Below are positions 40,289 to 53,866 of a stretch of DNA of 64,000 nt, piece by piece (position 1 is the stretch's first letter; each line of letters starts with the position of its first letter). The notes beneath the pieces were generated by a model, which saw only the letters and a program-made list of their open reading frames with translations, made no database searches and was not told where the DNA came from. Both the position numbers and the translations under genes were made by a program. Source of the DNA: Octopus vulgaris (lineage: Eukaryota); the NCBI GenBank assembly GCA_951406725.2, contig OX597833.1:52266001-52330000 (forward strand), given 5' to 3'.

Positions 40289-40938
40289 AAAACACAGGTA
40301 AATAGGTATTTTAAAAAAAAAAACTTTTGATATTGCCTCGAGCTTTTTGATACCACCGGCAACTTTTTGATATCACTTCGTGTATGTGTAATAATAATAT
40401 ATACCAGTTAATATATTCTTGCACAATTACGCTTGTCCGTTCGTGAACGAGAAAGCGAAGTGTTTGGAAGTGCGCGCAATTGTATTCGTGCGTAAGTGTG
40501 TGTATGTGTGTGTGTGTATCTGAAAGTGTGTGCGCCAACGGGAGGAAGGAATGTGCGTGTGACTACGAGTGTGTGTGTGTGTGTGTGTTTTGTGTGCTTC
40601 TGTGTGTGTGTGTTTTGTGTGCTTCTGTGTGTGTGTGTCTGTGTGGTTATACAGGGTCTATTAAAGTACAGAGAAGACAATTATAAAGTTATATCAGACA
40701 CCAGCATCGTATATCAAAGACGGTGAAATTGGCGAGAAGAGTTTTTCATGTAAACAGCTTTTCGGAATTAACAGTGCATTGTTGCAGGAGCCTTCACTAG
40801 ACATATATATTGTAAAAGGAATTGATATACATACATATATACATACATACATATTTATATATATATACATATATATATATGTGTGTGTGTGCGTGTGTGT
40901 AAACACATTTATATATCTTGTTGTGTCTAGGGTAAATC

Positions 40939-41024
<86 letters not shown>

Positions 41025-41312
41025 GTATGTATGTATACATATATACATATATATATATGCATGGATATATACATATATGCATATTTTTAAATATGCATGT
41101 ATATATGTGTGCATATATATATATATATATATACATACATACATATATATATGTGTGTGTGTAACTATATACGTATATCTATGTATACATATTTATATAT
41201 TTGTATATATATGTAGTTCTACACGCACATATTTATGAAAGTATATATATACATATGTATGCACATGTATGTGTATATTATATATATATATATATATATA
41301 TGTATGCACATG

Positions 41313-41354
<42 letters not shown>

Positions 41355-41966
41355 TATGAGTGTGTATGTTTGTGTGTGTGTATGTGTGTGAGTGTAGAGA
41401 GGGAGAGAGAGAGAGAGAGAGAGATAAGGACACACATACATGTACGTGTATGCACACAACAACAGTGATAGACACGTACAGAAAGACACACACATACACA
41501 CACACACACGCTCGCACACATTCACACACACACAAACATACGAGCGTACGTGCGTGGTTTCGTGTGTGATTCATAAAGAATAACCTTGGGAAGACTATGC
41601 AGAATTGCGAAGACTGAACATCTGTGTGCTTAGAGCCTGCGTGCGCATGTGTTTGTGTGCGCGTATGTATGTATGTCTCTGTGTGTCTCTGTGTTTCTAT
41701 GTATAGATATCTTTATTACACAGGACACTTTGTTTATAAGAACTGCGAGTTGTAGTATGTCTATACGGGTATCACTAGATGTCTGCGTGTATTTCTGTGT
41801 ATGTGACGTGTTATATCTATGAAGCTATCAGTCCAAAACGCTTGGCTATGTGACTGCGACTCTCTAAATATGCCGAAGTGTTACTATGTATAGCCTGTCT
41901 GTAATATATCACACAAGATTTATTGTATGTAAAATTATGCACTCAGTGTATGCGTATACATATAGA

Positions 41967-41997
<31 letters not shown>

Positions 41998-42287
41998 CTA
42001 AGTTTGTATGTGCGTATTTATATATTTGTATAAGCAAATATATATAATACATACATACATACACATACACACATACAGACACATATATATAGTAGCGTTT
42101 AAATATTGGGCTATTATCTCTTTGGATAGAAGATGACGAAAGCTACCTATACAAGCTTTCTGACAACACTTTGCCCTCGACTCTTTCTAGTCGTGTTACT
42201 CCTTCTAGTTTCATCTACTTTGAATTCAAAGGGTTAAAAAGGAATTATTTTACGTTCACTCGAAGATTCCAATTCTTGGTTATCATG

Positions 42288-42349
<62 letters not shown>

Positions 42350-42359
42350 ATATATGGAT

Positions 42360-42446
42360 TTTGGGCAAGTGTCTTCTACTGTAGCCTCGGGGCAATCAAA
42401 GCCTTCTGAGTGGATTTTGTAGATAGAAATTGAAAGAGGCCCATAG

Positions 42447-42483
<37 letters not shown>

Positions 42484-42618
42484 ATGTGTGTGTGTGTGTG
42501 TTTATGTGTCTGGCAAAGTGACCGATAGAAATAGTCCTGGGATCGATTTGCTCGACTAAAAGCGGTGCTCCAATATGGCCGCAGTCAGAACCTGAGACAA
42601 GTAAAACAATAAAAGAAT
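42360..42618 (+). mobile_element. Truncated SINE type B
   Basis: TTGGGCAAGTGTCTTCTACT...microsatellite...GATTTGCTCGACTAAAAGCGGTGCTCC. Confidence 0.8.
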
Positions 42619-42658
42619 TTTATATATATATATACATATATGTGATATGATTGATATG

Positions 42659-42726
<68 letters not shown>

Positions 42727-42959
42727 CATAAATACATATATATACACACACACACATATATATATATATACATATGTATATTAATACATACATATATATA
42801 TTTATAATATATGTGTGTGTGCCTACGCGCGAGCGTGTGTGTATGTATGTCTGTGCAAGTACATTAATTTATGTAACTGCGAACACGAACATAAGCAGAC
42901 ACCACTTAGACATTGTTGTGTGTGAGTGTGTGCGTGTGTGAGTGTGTTCGCGTGCGTGC

Positions 42960-42996
<37 letters not shown>

Positions 42997-43343
42997 TCTC
43001 TCTTTTCGTCTACTTATCTACATACATAGAAGCACACACATATTTGTGTGTGATTGTGTCTGTATCTACTTATATGTGGGACATTCCTCGTTGAAAAGCC
43101 GAAAAGCAAACCTGGTATAATGGCGATGGATATTGCAAATTTCCAGTTGTATGTGGAACGAAATTTTGTCGTTACGATTAAAAGAGTTATTAAGCAAGGG
43201 AGATAATTTGCTGAACAACTTCGGAAATACAGCTTGCACTTCATAGTAATTACATTCTTTTTCTTCCACAGGATGTTTTATCACTTATAATGCGGAAGCC
43301 TATATCCTTTGCGCTCATTTATTCTTAAAATTATACCCGCATA

Positions 43344-43397
<54 letters not shown>

Positions 43398-43490
43398 GTC
43401 TATCCATCTATCAATCTATCTATTTATCTATCTATCGCTCTCTCTCTCTCTCTCTGTATATATATATATATACATACATACATACATACA

Positions 43491-43524
<34 letters not shown>

Positions 43525-43555
43525 CATGCATACAGATAGACATACATATAGACTG

Positions 43556-43607
<52 letters not shown>

Positions 43608-43624
43608 GAGAGTGAGAGAGAGAG

Positions 43625-43678
<54 letters not shown>

Positions 43679-44457
43679 AGATCTGGGAGTTCGAACGGTA
43701 AATAAATACAAGCGACTAATATTCTTCCTTAAAGAATAAGATGAGAGACCGACATGGAAATTGTTCAAGTCTAAAATCTGCGATTTCTTCCACAGATTAG
43801 GAAGCGGAGGTGCACTTTGATGCCTTTTTCTCCATCAGGACATCAATGGATTAACCGTCAGTCATAACCTGCAATTGGGTTTAGTCTAAATATTATTTAT
43901 TGTCCTATTGATGTCCGAGGTGTCGATAGTTATCTCAGAGAGGATATACAGAGGATGTCCTTTAATCAATGCTACCTAAGTGAATTGCATCGGGATCGGC
44001 GAACAGATAACAGGGTTGCTCTTTTAGGTTCTTCACGATGGAGGAAAAAGTAACCCTCTGCAATTTCGCAAACAAAGCGCGCACAGGTGTAGACTTGGGC
44101 ATGAGTGTATGTGCAGATACGTGTCTATGAGTGTGTATGTATGTATATATATGTGTATGTATCTATGTATGCGTGCTTGCTTGTATGCGTGTGTATGTAT
44201 GCATGTATTTATGTGGGTGTATGTATGCCTCTGCATATCCTTACGTGTGTCAGCTACAATTAAGCATAAGGCATTAATTGCCCATGAATATAATTACACA
44301 GATAGCCCGCCAAACACACACAGCCACACACATATACACACAAATACACGCACAAACGCAGGCACAGAAACGCATCCACGAAAGTACACACACACATACA
44401 CACACACTGTATTAAACTGTTTATTTATGTATATGTATGTGTGTATTGTGTGTAGTA

Positions 44458-44488
<31 letters not shown>

Positions 44489-44748
44489 GTGCGTGTATGT
44501 GAGTTTGTGTAAAAACTATATAGTAAAAAGAAAACGATCTAACAATATTAACTTAGAATTGTTAGTGGTCTACATTTGAAAAAGGATGTCACACACGCAC
44601 ACACACATACACACATACATAGACACATACTCACACACGCCCCCCCCACACACACACACATACAGTATGAGTTCTATGTGTATTATAATTATGTTCACTC
44701 TAAGGGTTGGTAGATCAATTTCTAAAAAAGTACAACAGGGAAAACCTC

Positions 44749-45101
44749 CAAAGAAGGAAGGGAGACAATCTCAAGACTAAATTCGACTGCAGAAGCGACT
44801 AGTCATATAGAAAGAATTTAAAAGATTCTAATTTTCTGAACACACGAGAACGGCTAATTTTGTTTTTCTTTCTGCCACAATAAGCGTCATCAGCACAGCA
44901 GTTATAGATATTCTTGTTGGCTATCAAAGAAGGAAGGGAGACAATCTCAAGACTAAATTCGACTGCAGAAGCGACCAGTCATATAGAAAGAATTAAAAAA
45001 ATTCTAATTTTCTGAACACACGAGAACGGCTAATTTTGTTTTTCTTTCTGTCGCAATAAGCGTCTTCAGCACAGCAGTTATAGATATTGCTGTTGGCCAT
45101 C
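44749..45101. repeat. Tandem duplication, 176-bp unit, two copies
   Basis: CAAAGAAGGAAGGGAGACAATCTCAAGAC starts at 44749 and 44925, with few substitutions. Confidence 0.95.
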
Positions 45102-45220
45102 TTCAGTCGAAGGGACTCGGTGCAGTTGTAAAACATTTACAGCCTACATACTTTGCATACATGGAATTTAAATTAGCTAAAAGAAGCAGCTCACTCCAGT
45201 CGGTAACACACACACACTCA

Positions 45221-45305
<85 letters not shown>

Positions 45306-45599
45306 AACAACAACAGCAACAATAACAACACGTATGCAAATACACACCTTTTGTGTAGGCTTCCAGTTTATCATAAATTCATTATCTGTCAATCTTTTAA
45401 TAGGTGTGCATAGTTACGTTAGTATATTATATATAAAAAAGCAAATTTGTGTTTAGTAAGTAAACATATTACCGCATAGAATTGCTATACTAATAGCATA
45501 CAAGAAGTACTTTGACTGACTTAAATACAAACAGAGAAATCCTGAAGGAATACGACAGCAAGTGAATGAAGATTTACTGCGCGTGCACACACATACACA

Positions 45600-45613
45600 C
45601 GCATATAGACATG

Positions 45614-45647
<34 letters not shown>

Positions 45648-45693
45648 TGTATGTATGTATGTATGTATGTATGTATGTATGTATCTATCTATC

Positions 45694-45724
<31 letters not shown>

Positions 45725-45906
45725 ATATATATATATATGCGAGCGCATATGTGTATGTAGGCACACACACACATACACAAACATATACATACATTTATGT
45801 ATCTTTATGTATAGACACATACACGTATACACACACACACATAGTTATACACATACATGTACATAAATATACATATACATATATATATATATATATATCT
45901 ATACAT

Positions 45907-46003
<97 letters not shown>

Positions 46004-46101
46004 CATGTATACATTTATATATATATATGTACGTATGTATGTCTATATATGTATATATATATGTATATATACATATGTATATTTATATATGTGTGTGTGT
46101 A

Positions 46102-46148
<47 letters not shown>

Positions 46149-46150
46149 GC
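45600..46150. repeat. (TATG)n/(TA)n/(CA)n complex microsatellite
   Basis: Read directly. Confidence 0.9.
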
Positions 46151-46632
46151 ATACTTTCACTCCTACACTTATAGTAAATCATAAAAGCATTATTTGTGTA
46201 TTTAGAGACACTATATCTGTTCTTCATATTCCTGTCTCGTTTATAACAACACAAATATATCTAATATAGACACTCATACACACGCACACACACGACACAC
46301 ACAGAACACATACACACCTATATAAAAGTACAAGCACTGTCGTATACACATTGAGCGATGTTTTCTCCCAGTAGGAGTCTAGCTGAAGACTGTAGGGGCG
46401 GGGTGAAATTCTCACAGTGTTTTCTCAGCATCGATGACATTACCAGCCTTCACTTCAATATGAATCACAGATCTGTCTCACGTACAACAACTAAACAACC
46501 AAACAAGCAAACAAACAAACAACCAAAGAAACAAACACACAAACAAACAAGGAAAACCAAACAACCAACTGCGATGATGCAATAAGTGCATGGAATAAAC
46601 GTACAAGAAATGTGTACATTCATTTTGATATG

Positions 46633-46911
46633 TACGTGGTCTGATCAATAAGTATCCGGACTGATGCCATAGTAACGAAGCTAAAGCATGCGTGGTGAAG
46701 TCGCTTGGTACGGATTGACTTTGAACTCTGTTGTGCATGTGTACTAAGTTTTAACGTTCCAGCTCACTTCCGCTGTTTACAGCAGAGTTTGGAAGGAAGA
46801 TGTGTAGCGTGTGGTCGTCGCATTGACCATGACAGAGAATGTTGAGCGGAGAATCTGCATCAAATTTTGCCAAAAGCTTGGCAATACCTGCTCAGAGGCC
46901 TACGCAAAGTT
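46633..46911 (+). mobile_element. Mariner 5' end (TIR, UTR, transposase start)
   Basis: TA-CGTGGTCTGATCAATAAGTATCCGGACT terminus. ATG at 46829 gives MTENVERRICIKFCQKLGNTCSEAYAK, a mariner N-terminal HTH. Confidence 0.85.
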
Positions 46912-47384
46912 TTCAAAAAGATTTCGTCGCCCTCGACACAATCAAAGAGATCTTGTGGAACTGAAAACCGAGTGGCTTTTTGGTCAGCTGAAAGCAGTTT
47001 TGGCACAAACGTGGCAGACATACCCAAATCTTCAGTGACATACGTCTCATACCCAAATCTTCCGTGATAATTGACTTAACTGAACCGTAACTAATCTGCA
47101 CATCTTCTGATAACTCACGGATGGTGATTCGATGATCTCCTCTCACAACTCCACACACATCTGCGATGTTTTTCTCACTTCTGCTGGTTGCGGGTCTCCT
47201 AGAACGTTCGCCAATATTGACATTTTTCTGGCCATCTTGGAAACCTCTGAACCACTCGTACACTTGTGTACGGCTCATACACTCTTCTCCATACACTTTC
47301 TGTAACTTTGCGCAGGCCTCCGAGCAGGTATCGCCATGACAACTTTCTCTCTCATGGTCAATGCGACGATCACACGCTTACACA
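46905..47384 (-). pseudogene. Mariner transposase N-terminal pseudogene, inverted relative to the left copy
   Basis: VYGEECMSRTQVYEWFRGFQDG...ERSRRPATS...DHRITIRELSEDVQISYGSVKSIITEDLGMRR, then after a duplication-caused frameshift FVPKLLSADQK (WVPHEL-equivalent linker). Confidence 0.92.
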
Positions 47385-47404
47385 CGAAAAAGGAAACTAA
47401 GTAC

Positions 47405-47815
47405 ATAGATATTGCTTTACCACGGGATACCCATGTAGGTGATAAAGAGCTGAAAAAGGAGGTGGAAAAAATTCAAATTGCGAAACGATGAAATTGCAAG
47501 AATGTAGGCAATGAGGAAATTTATTGCTATCCTAGTAGTTGTAAGAGCACTTGGAGCACCAACAACCAAATTCGAGAAATATGTTGGAGAAATTTGAATT
47601 GACATGAGGGCAGAGTATGCACAAGAATCTGCTCTGTTGGGGACATTTAGGATTTTGGGATTCGTACTTGGGTGGTGAATATCTTCCGTGAAACTTAATG
47701 CCTAAGTACCAAGTCTTATAAGTTGTGAAACAGACCATGTGATACCTTTGAAGCAGGATGCTGTCCGCTCTCAAAGAATTAACCAGAGTAAGGTTGACAG
47801 CTCTGAGAAGTAAAT
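47405..47815 (+). mobile_element. Decayed R4/Dong-type LINE 3' end with (CAA)n/(TAA)n tail
   Basis: IDIALPRDTHVGDKELKK / EIARM*AMRKFIAILVVVRALGA...AQESALLGTFRILGFVLGW* (stop 47676-47678). Microsatellite 47812-47900. Confidence 0.85.
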
Positions 47816-47848
<33 letters not shown>

Positions 47849-47900
47849 AACAACAATAGCAACAGCAACAAAAACAACAACAAAAATAACAATAATAATA

Positions 47901-48117
47901 ATTCTTTTCTACTCTAGGCACAAGGCCCGAAATTTTGGGGGAGGGGGGCCAGTCGATTAGATCGACCCCAGTAAGCATCTGGTACTTAATTTATCGACCT
48001 CGAAAGAATGAAAGGCAAAGTCGACCTCGGCGGAATTTGAACTCAGAACATGAAGACAGACAAAATATTGCTAAGCATTTTTCCCGGCGTAGTAACGTTT
48101 CTGCCAGCTCGCCGCCT
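47901..48117 (-). mobile_element. Full-length SINE type A (alternative 3' tail)
   Basis: Tail ...AAAATTTCGGGCCTTGTGCCTAGAGTAGAAAAGAA, also seen at 9546 and 51798-52015. Confidence 0.92.
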
Positions 48118-48447
48118 AGAATTAGTATATGTGTTTGATATTAGCACAATGATCTACCCGATATACAACGAAATCGGTTTCTGCCCACAAATTTACAGTA
48201 AGAATTTTGAAAACTAAATGCAGCGAGTGATTTTTGTGCCAGCTTTCGGTATCTGATTTGAAATTACCAGGTCCATTTTTCCTGCCCACTCATTCTCCTT
48301 CCGAAATGTACTCGCAATTGAAAGGTGTAGCCTTGCCAAGCAGTATACCACGTTGAGTCACCATGAAACTTACCTGGAAAGCACGAAGGTCTGTGGAATA
48401 GTCAATCGTATAGGCCTTGATTTCTTGAATAGGTATTCATTAATTAA

Positions 48448-48836
48448 GTGGAAGCGCAATGGCCCAGTGGTTAGGGCAGCGGACTCGCGGTCATAGGATC
48501 GCGGTTTCGATTCCCAGATCGGGCGTTGTGAGTGTTTATTGAGCGAAAACACCTAAAGCTCCACGAGGCTCCAGCAGGGGATGGTGGTGATCCCTGCTGT
48601 ACTCTTTCACCACAACGTTCTCTCACTCTTACTTCCTGTTTCTGTTGTACCTTGTATTTCAAAGGGCCGGCCTTGTCACTCTCTGTGTCACGCTGAATAT
48701 CCCCGAGAACTGCGTTAAGGGTACACGTGTCTGTGGAGTGCTCAACCACTTACACGTTAATTTCAGGAGCAGGCTGTTCCGTTGATTCGGATCAACCGGA
48801 ACCCTCGTCGTCGTAACCGACGGAGCGCTTCCATCC
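48448..48836 (+). mobile_element. SINE type C1
   Basis: A-box TGGCCCAGTGG, B-box GGTTTCGATTCCC. Imperfect TSD ATTCATTAATT / ATTCATTAGTT. Confidence 0.95.
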
Positions 48837-49899
48837 ATTCATTAGTTGATCAAACAACTGGATGGTCACAGGTGAAACCGATGGAAAATCTGCTATAAGT
48901 TTCAATGATATTAGACCGAAGAATTAAGGTTTATTTGTAGATATCTTATTTATCATATGAATCAATGTTGTTATTACTATAGCGGTCCCATTTGAATGTA
49001 TTTGTCGTAATTCGATACGAAGCAACCGAAGGGTGTTCAAAAAGCATTGACTTGAGATTTGAACTTATCGAGGTGATTTGGGCTTTGGGGCTGTGATTCA
49101 GTGAAGTTTACTAAAACAACTTGTTTCTTCCATTTGAAATGTGCGAAGTAAATACTGCGGCAGCCATAATGGTTTTACTGGTGTTTATGAGAATCATGCA
49201 TTGTGACGTTTACAATTGCTTCGCATTATGACGTTTTGTATTGTGGTAATCGTTGTTGCTTTTAGCACTGTCTTTGCATAATCTTTATAACACTCTCAAA
49301 GATTTTGAGAAGTACAGTTTATTGAAGAGAAGGGTTTTTTGATATTTAGGAATGTATTTTGGTTTACGACAGGAAGAAGAATTATTGTTTATTATTGTTT
49401 GGGAAAGTCATGCAGTTACAAGGATTGGTACGGCAGAATTCTGTTATTTTTTTAAGACAACCACGCTATTGTGTTGCGAAGGCATCTGTCAGCAAATCTA
49501 TAAAAATGCAATGTTTTGTAATTAATAAAAAATGTATATGTGACGTTGCAGGAAGATGTTGAACTAAACTTGGGATGTGTTTATGAATCACAAATGAAAT
49601 CTGATATATAAAATAGAAACCACTTTATAAGAAAGCCTAAATTTGTAAATTACTCCCGCTTTCTTCGTCATTTCCATAGAAAAATAAATTATTACACTTA
49701 TATTTAAAATATTTTTTGTATAATTTATATAAATGAATAAGACAGTTGTTGAATTCAATGATAAGAAATTATAAAATGTATTAGTTGTGTAGCCCCAATG
49801 CACTCTTGACAAAAGCAGATCTTTGATCAAATGTCTTTTAGCCACGACCACACATCTTCCTATTAAGCATTGCAAATCAAAAACCTCATGGCCAAGGAA

Positions 49900-51310
49900 A
49901 ATGTTGAATACGAAGCACATAGAGGTGATCACCACTGCTCTAAGGAAATGCAGGGCAATGACAGAAGTTAAAAGCAACCAGGAAAAGTCAGTGAACCTGC
50001 CGTTCAAAAACTTTGGGAAGCTGAACGGATGAACCAGTTAAATTGCTTGGAGTTTGGCTCGGTCCCGATATACAGATGGAGAAGATCTGGGGTGAGGTAA
50101 TGAGCAGGATGACCAGTTTCACTCAGATATGGATCGAGGAAAAGCCATCCCCGAAAGATTGGGTTGAAGTTGAGATCGTCTATTCGCCTCCATCATCTTT
50201 TTTTGCCGCCTGACCGCCGTGCCTTCCTAAGTTCACGGTTGACCGTCTGTTCTTCAGTTTTCTTTTCTTTTTGATGAAGGATTGGATCCCACTATCAACA
50301 ATTTGATGTATGGAGGATGGGACATACCGTGCTCGATGATGTACAGCCGTGCACTGACGCTACGAGATTTCCAGTAACTTCAGAAAAAGTAAAGTGTTGT
50401 GTTTTATCAAAGACGTATTTTTTTTTTTTTTTTTGCTTTGGCAGAACTGTAGTCCTGGCTCAAACAATGACCAGAACGGGGTATTTTATATCTGGAATGT
50501 CATCAAGCGCTAAAAAATCTCTAAATAGTCGAGTAATGTAGTTGGTGGAAGCTACTTGTTTGCTTTCTCTAAAGGAATAATGGCGAGTAAAATCGACGTC
50601 GATCTCGGGAACACTCTGCGCATCGATGAAAATCAACAGGCAGGTGTTTTGGGGATGACTTTAGGGCCAAGACTCATGGATAATTTCTAAGAAAACCTCA
50701 GTCTGTCAGTACAACTTGGTGGTGGTTGGTCATTCCCGTTTCTAGATAAAATATTCAGATAACGAAGTATCGTTAGCCTGGCCTACCTGAGGTGTAAGCA
50801 GAATAATGAAACCGTTCTCGTGGAAGCACTCCGTCGGTTACGACGATGAGGGTTCCGGTTGATCCGAATCAACGGAACAGCCTGCTCGTGAAATTAACGT
50901 GTAAGTGGCTGAGCACTCCACAGACACGTGTACCCTTAACGTAGTTCTCGGGGATATTCAGCGTGACACAGAGAGTGACAAAGCCGGCCCCTTGAAATAC
51001 AAGTACAACAGAAACAGGAAGTAAGAGTGAGAGAAAGTTGTGGTGAAAGAGTACAGCAGGGATCACCACCATCCCCTGCCGGAGCCTCGTGGAGCTTTTA
51101 GGTGTTTTCGCTCAATAAACACTCACAACGCCCGGTCTGGGAATCGAAACCGCGATCCTATGACCGCGAGTCCGCTGCCCTAACCACTGGGCCATTGCAC
51201 CTCCAACCGTTCTAGTACAGTGCTGGAAAATAGACTTATTTTGGAGATATGCCGACAACAGCTCGCATATGTAGGAGGAATTTGGCAAACAGTTAAGCCC
51301 ATTGTCATGA
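49900..51310 (+). mobile_element. Heavily decayed Tx1/L1-clade LINE ORF2 fragment, interrupted by a SINE
   Basis: Frameshifted pieces KSNQEKSV, PVKLLGVWLGPDIQMEKIWGEV, RLTAVP, GGWDIP, LECHQALK, LRCKQNNETVL|LVQC follow the order RT end, GGLG.P motif, CCHC zinc knuckle. Confidence 0.78.
50821..51205 (-). mobile_element. SINE type C1 inserted in the Tx1-like LINE
   Basis: Full length. TSD AACCGTTCT (50810-50818 / 51205-51213). Confidence 0.95.
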
Positions 51311-51329
51311 GGTCAAATTTAACTTTCAA

Positions 51330-52155
51330 CTTTTTATTAATCGATAATAAAATACCTGTTAAGTACTGGGGTTAATGGTATCCCCCCGAATTTGTTGGCT
51401 TGTTGATCTTGTGCCCAAATCATTTTATTATCATTGATCTGGCAGAATTGTTATTGTTAAGGCGGCGAGCTGGAAGAAACGTTAGCACGCCGGGGAAAAT
51501 GCTTCGCTGTATTTCGTCTGCCGTTGCGTTCTGAGTTCAAATTTCGCTGAGGTCGACTTTGCCTTTCATCCTTTCGGGGTCGATAAATTAAGTACCAGTT
51601 ACACACTGGAATCGATATAATCGACTTAATCCCTTTGTATGTCCTTGTTTTCCCCCTCTATGTTTAGCCCCTTGTGGGCATTAAAGAAATAAGAATTGTT
51701 ATTGCAACGGACAGAATGCTTAGATGAATTTCTTCCAGCTATTTATGTTCTGAGTTCAAATGTCACCGAAGTCGATTTTATCTTTCATTATTTCTGAAGG
51801 CGGCGAGTTGGCAGAAACATTAGCACGCTGAGCGGAGTGCTTAGCGGTATTTCGGTTGCCGCTACGTTCTGAGTTCAAATTCCGCCGAGGTCGACTTTGA
51901 CTTTCACCATTCCGGGGTCGATAAATTAAATACCAGTTGCGGATTGGGGTCAATCTAATCGACTGGCCCCCTCCTCCCAAATTTTGAGTCTTGTGTCTAG
52001 AGTAGAAGAGATTATTTCAGTAGATTATTTCAGAATCGTTAGCATGCCGGGCGGAATGCTTTGCGGTATTTGTCTGCCGCTACGTACTGAGTTCAAATTT
52101 CGCAGGGATCAATTTTATCTTTCCTCCTTTCGGGGTCGGTAAATTAAGTACCAGT
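51330..52155 (+). mobile_element. Cluster of SINE A copies (full copies 51460-51691 and 51798-52015 plus fragments)
   Basis: Repeated CTGAGTTCAAAT...GGGGTCG(A/G)TAAATTAA cores. Confidence 0.9.
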
Positions 52156-52197
52156 GAAACCATTCTCTCATAAGGTTTTCACATCCTCTAATTAGAT

Positions 52198-52352
52198 TTA
52201 GCCTTTGTCTTTCTCTTGGATAATATCTGTTGCCTGAAGAGAGGAGGCTGGTATGCATGGGTGACTGTTGGTCTTCCCAAAACCCGGACTTGTGCCTCGG
52301 AAGGGAACTTTCCAGGTGCAATCCCATGGTCTTTCATGAACGAAAAGGTCCG
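52198..52352 (+). mobile_element. SINE type E 3' fragment
   Basis: GAGGCTGGTATGCATGGGTGACTGTTGGTCTTCCC matches 14280-14315. Confidence 0.8.
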
Positions 52353-52407
52353 TCACCTTTTTATATATGTGTCAAACCTAATCGTGTTTATCTACATCAA
52401 TATCTTC

Positions 52408-52523
<116 letters not shown>

Positions 52524-52602
52524 CAAGAGAATGTGTGCGTGTGTGTGTGAGTATACATACGTCTGAATGTATTTCGGAAATCGCTCTCTCTCTTTCTCCC
52601 CC

Positions 52603-52670
<68 letters not shown>

Positions 52671-52733
52671 GCATTTTGCATATTGCATAAATGGGGAAAA
52701 GCTCATACGAAGGAATATCTTTTTATTATGGAT

Positions 52734-52818
<85 letters not shown>

Positions 52819-53129
52819 TATATATATGCATACATTTACATGTATGTGTATATATGTATTTATGACTTTAAATTGTTGTGTTACAGCACATACACACACA
52901 CACACGTGTATATAATTTGAGGAAGTCGTAATGTTGATAAATTCCCTTTCGTCTTGTATACACGCATATACGCACATGAGATTCTGAGAACGTCTTGCTA
53001 ACTGGTACAGGGTTAAAATGTCCTCCAGGGTTTTCCACATACACTGATGTGAGTGAGATAAGTATAAAGCAACAGGGTTCTAATTATTCGGGACCCCCCG
53101 ATGGGAATGTATCTTTTGGAGAAGAACGC

Positions 53130-53144
53130 CCTCCAGATGGCAGC
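53130..53144 (+). promoter_or_regulatory. Candidate CTCF-binding motif
   Basis: CCTCCAGATGGCAGC matches CCASYAGRKGGCRSY at 14 of 15 positions. Motif match only. Confidence 0.35.
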
Positions 53145-53248
53145 AAGATCAAAGCTGATTCACAATCGCGCCACATCGGCCGAGCCAAGTCGTCTTTTTA
53201 ATAGATTCAACAGACGCGTGTTTCTGCTAGGATAGTTGGCCTTCTTTT

Positions 53249-53544
53249 ACACACACACATACACACACACACAAGAAGAGAGAGAGAGAGAGAGACACAC
53301 ACACACACACAGACACATACCCTCACACACACACATATACACAGACACATACCCTCACACACACATATAAATACACATGTGCGGTGGAAAATACAAATAC
53401 GCATATACATATATATACATACACGCATATATTCGTGCGTGTGTGTGTGTATATGTAAAGACACAAACATATATATATGTATATATATATATAAACTGTA
53501 TATCTATATGCATATATATATATATATACAACTGTATATCTATA

Positions 53545-53591
<47 letters not shown>

Positions 53592-53616
53592 GCATATATA
53601 CATATACATATTCATT

Positions 53617-53658
<42 letters not shown>

Positions 53659-53866
53659 TTTGTATATATGTATATATATATATATATATTCATTTGTATA
53701 TATGTATATATATATATGTGTGTGTATATGGGTGTATATGTGTATATGTGTGTGTATATATATATCTGCATTTATACATATATATACATTTGTATATATA
53801 CATATATGTATGTATATATATGTGTGTGTGTGTATATTTGTGTGTATATGTGTGTGTGTATGTGTA
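53249..53866. repeat. Complex (CA)/(GA)/(TA) microsatellite with duplicated sub-blocks
   Basis: AACTGTATATCTATATGCATATA twice and ATTCATTTGTATATA three times. Confidence 0.9.

Noticed and set aside
43254-43900. Strong-looking splice acceptors (TTCTTCCACAG at about 43270 and 43795)
   Set aside because: No matched donor and open frame giving a credible exon.
48448-48525. tRNA-like sequences with A and B boxes (also at 203, 10720, 14068, 63480)
   Set aside because: They are SINE heads: each runs into a shared body, several have TSDs, and there is no proper acceptor stem or terminator.
53207-53250. Half hammerhead on the minus strand (GAAACACGCGUC)
   Set aside because: The CUGANGA half and stem I are absent or lost in the microsatellite.
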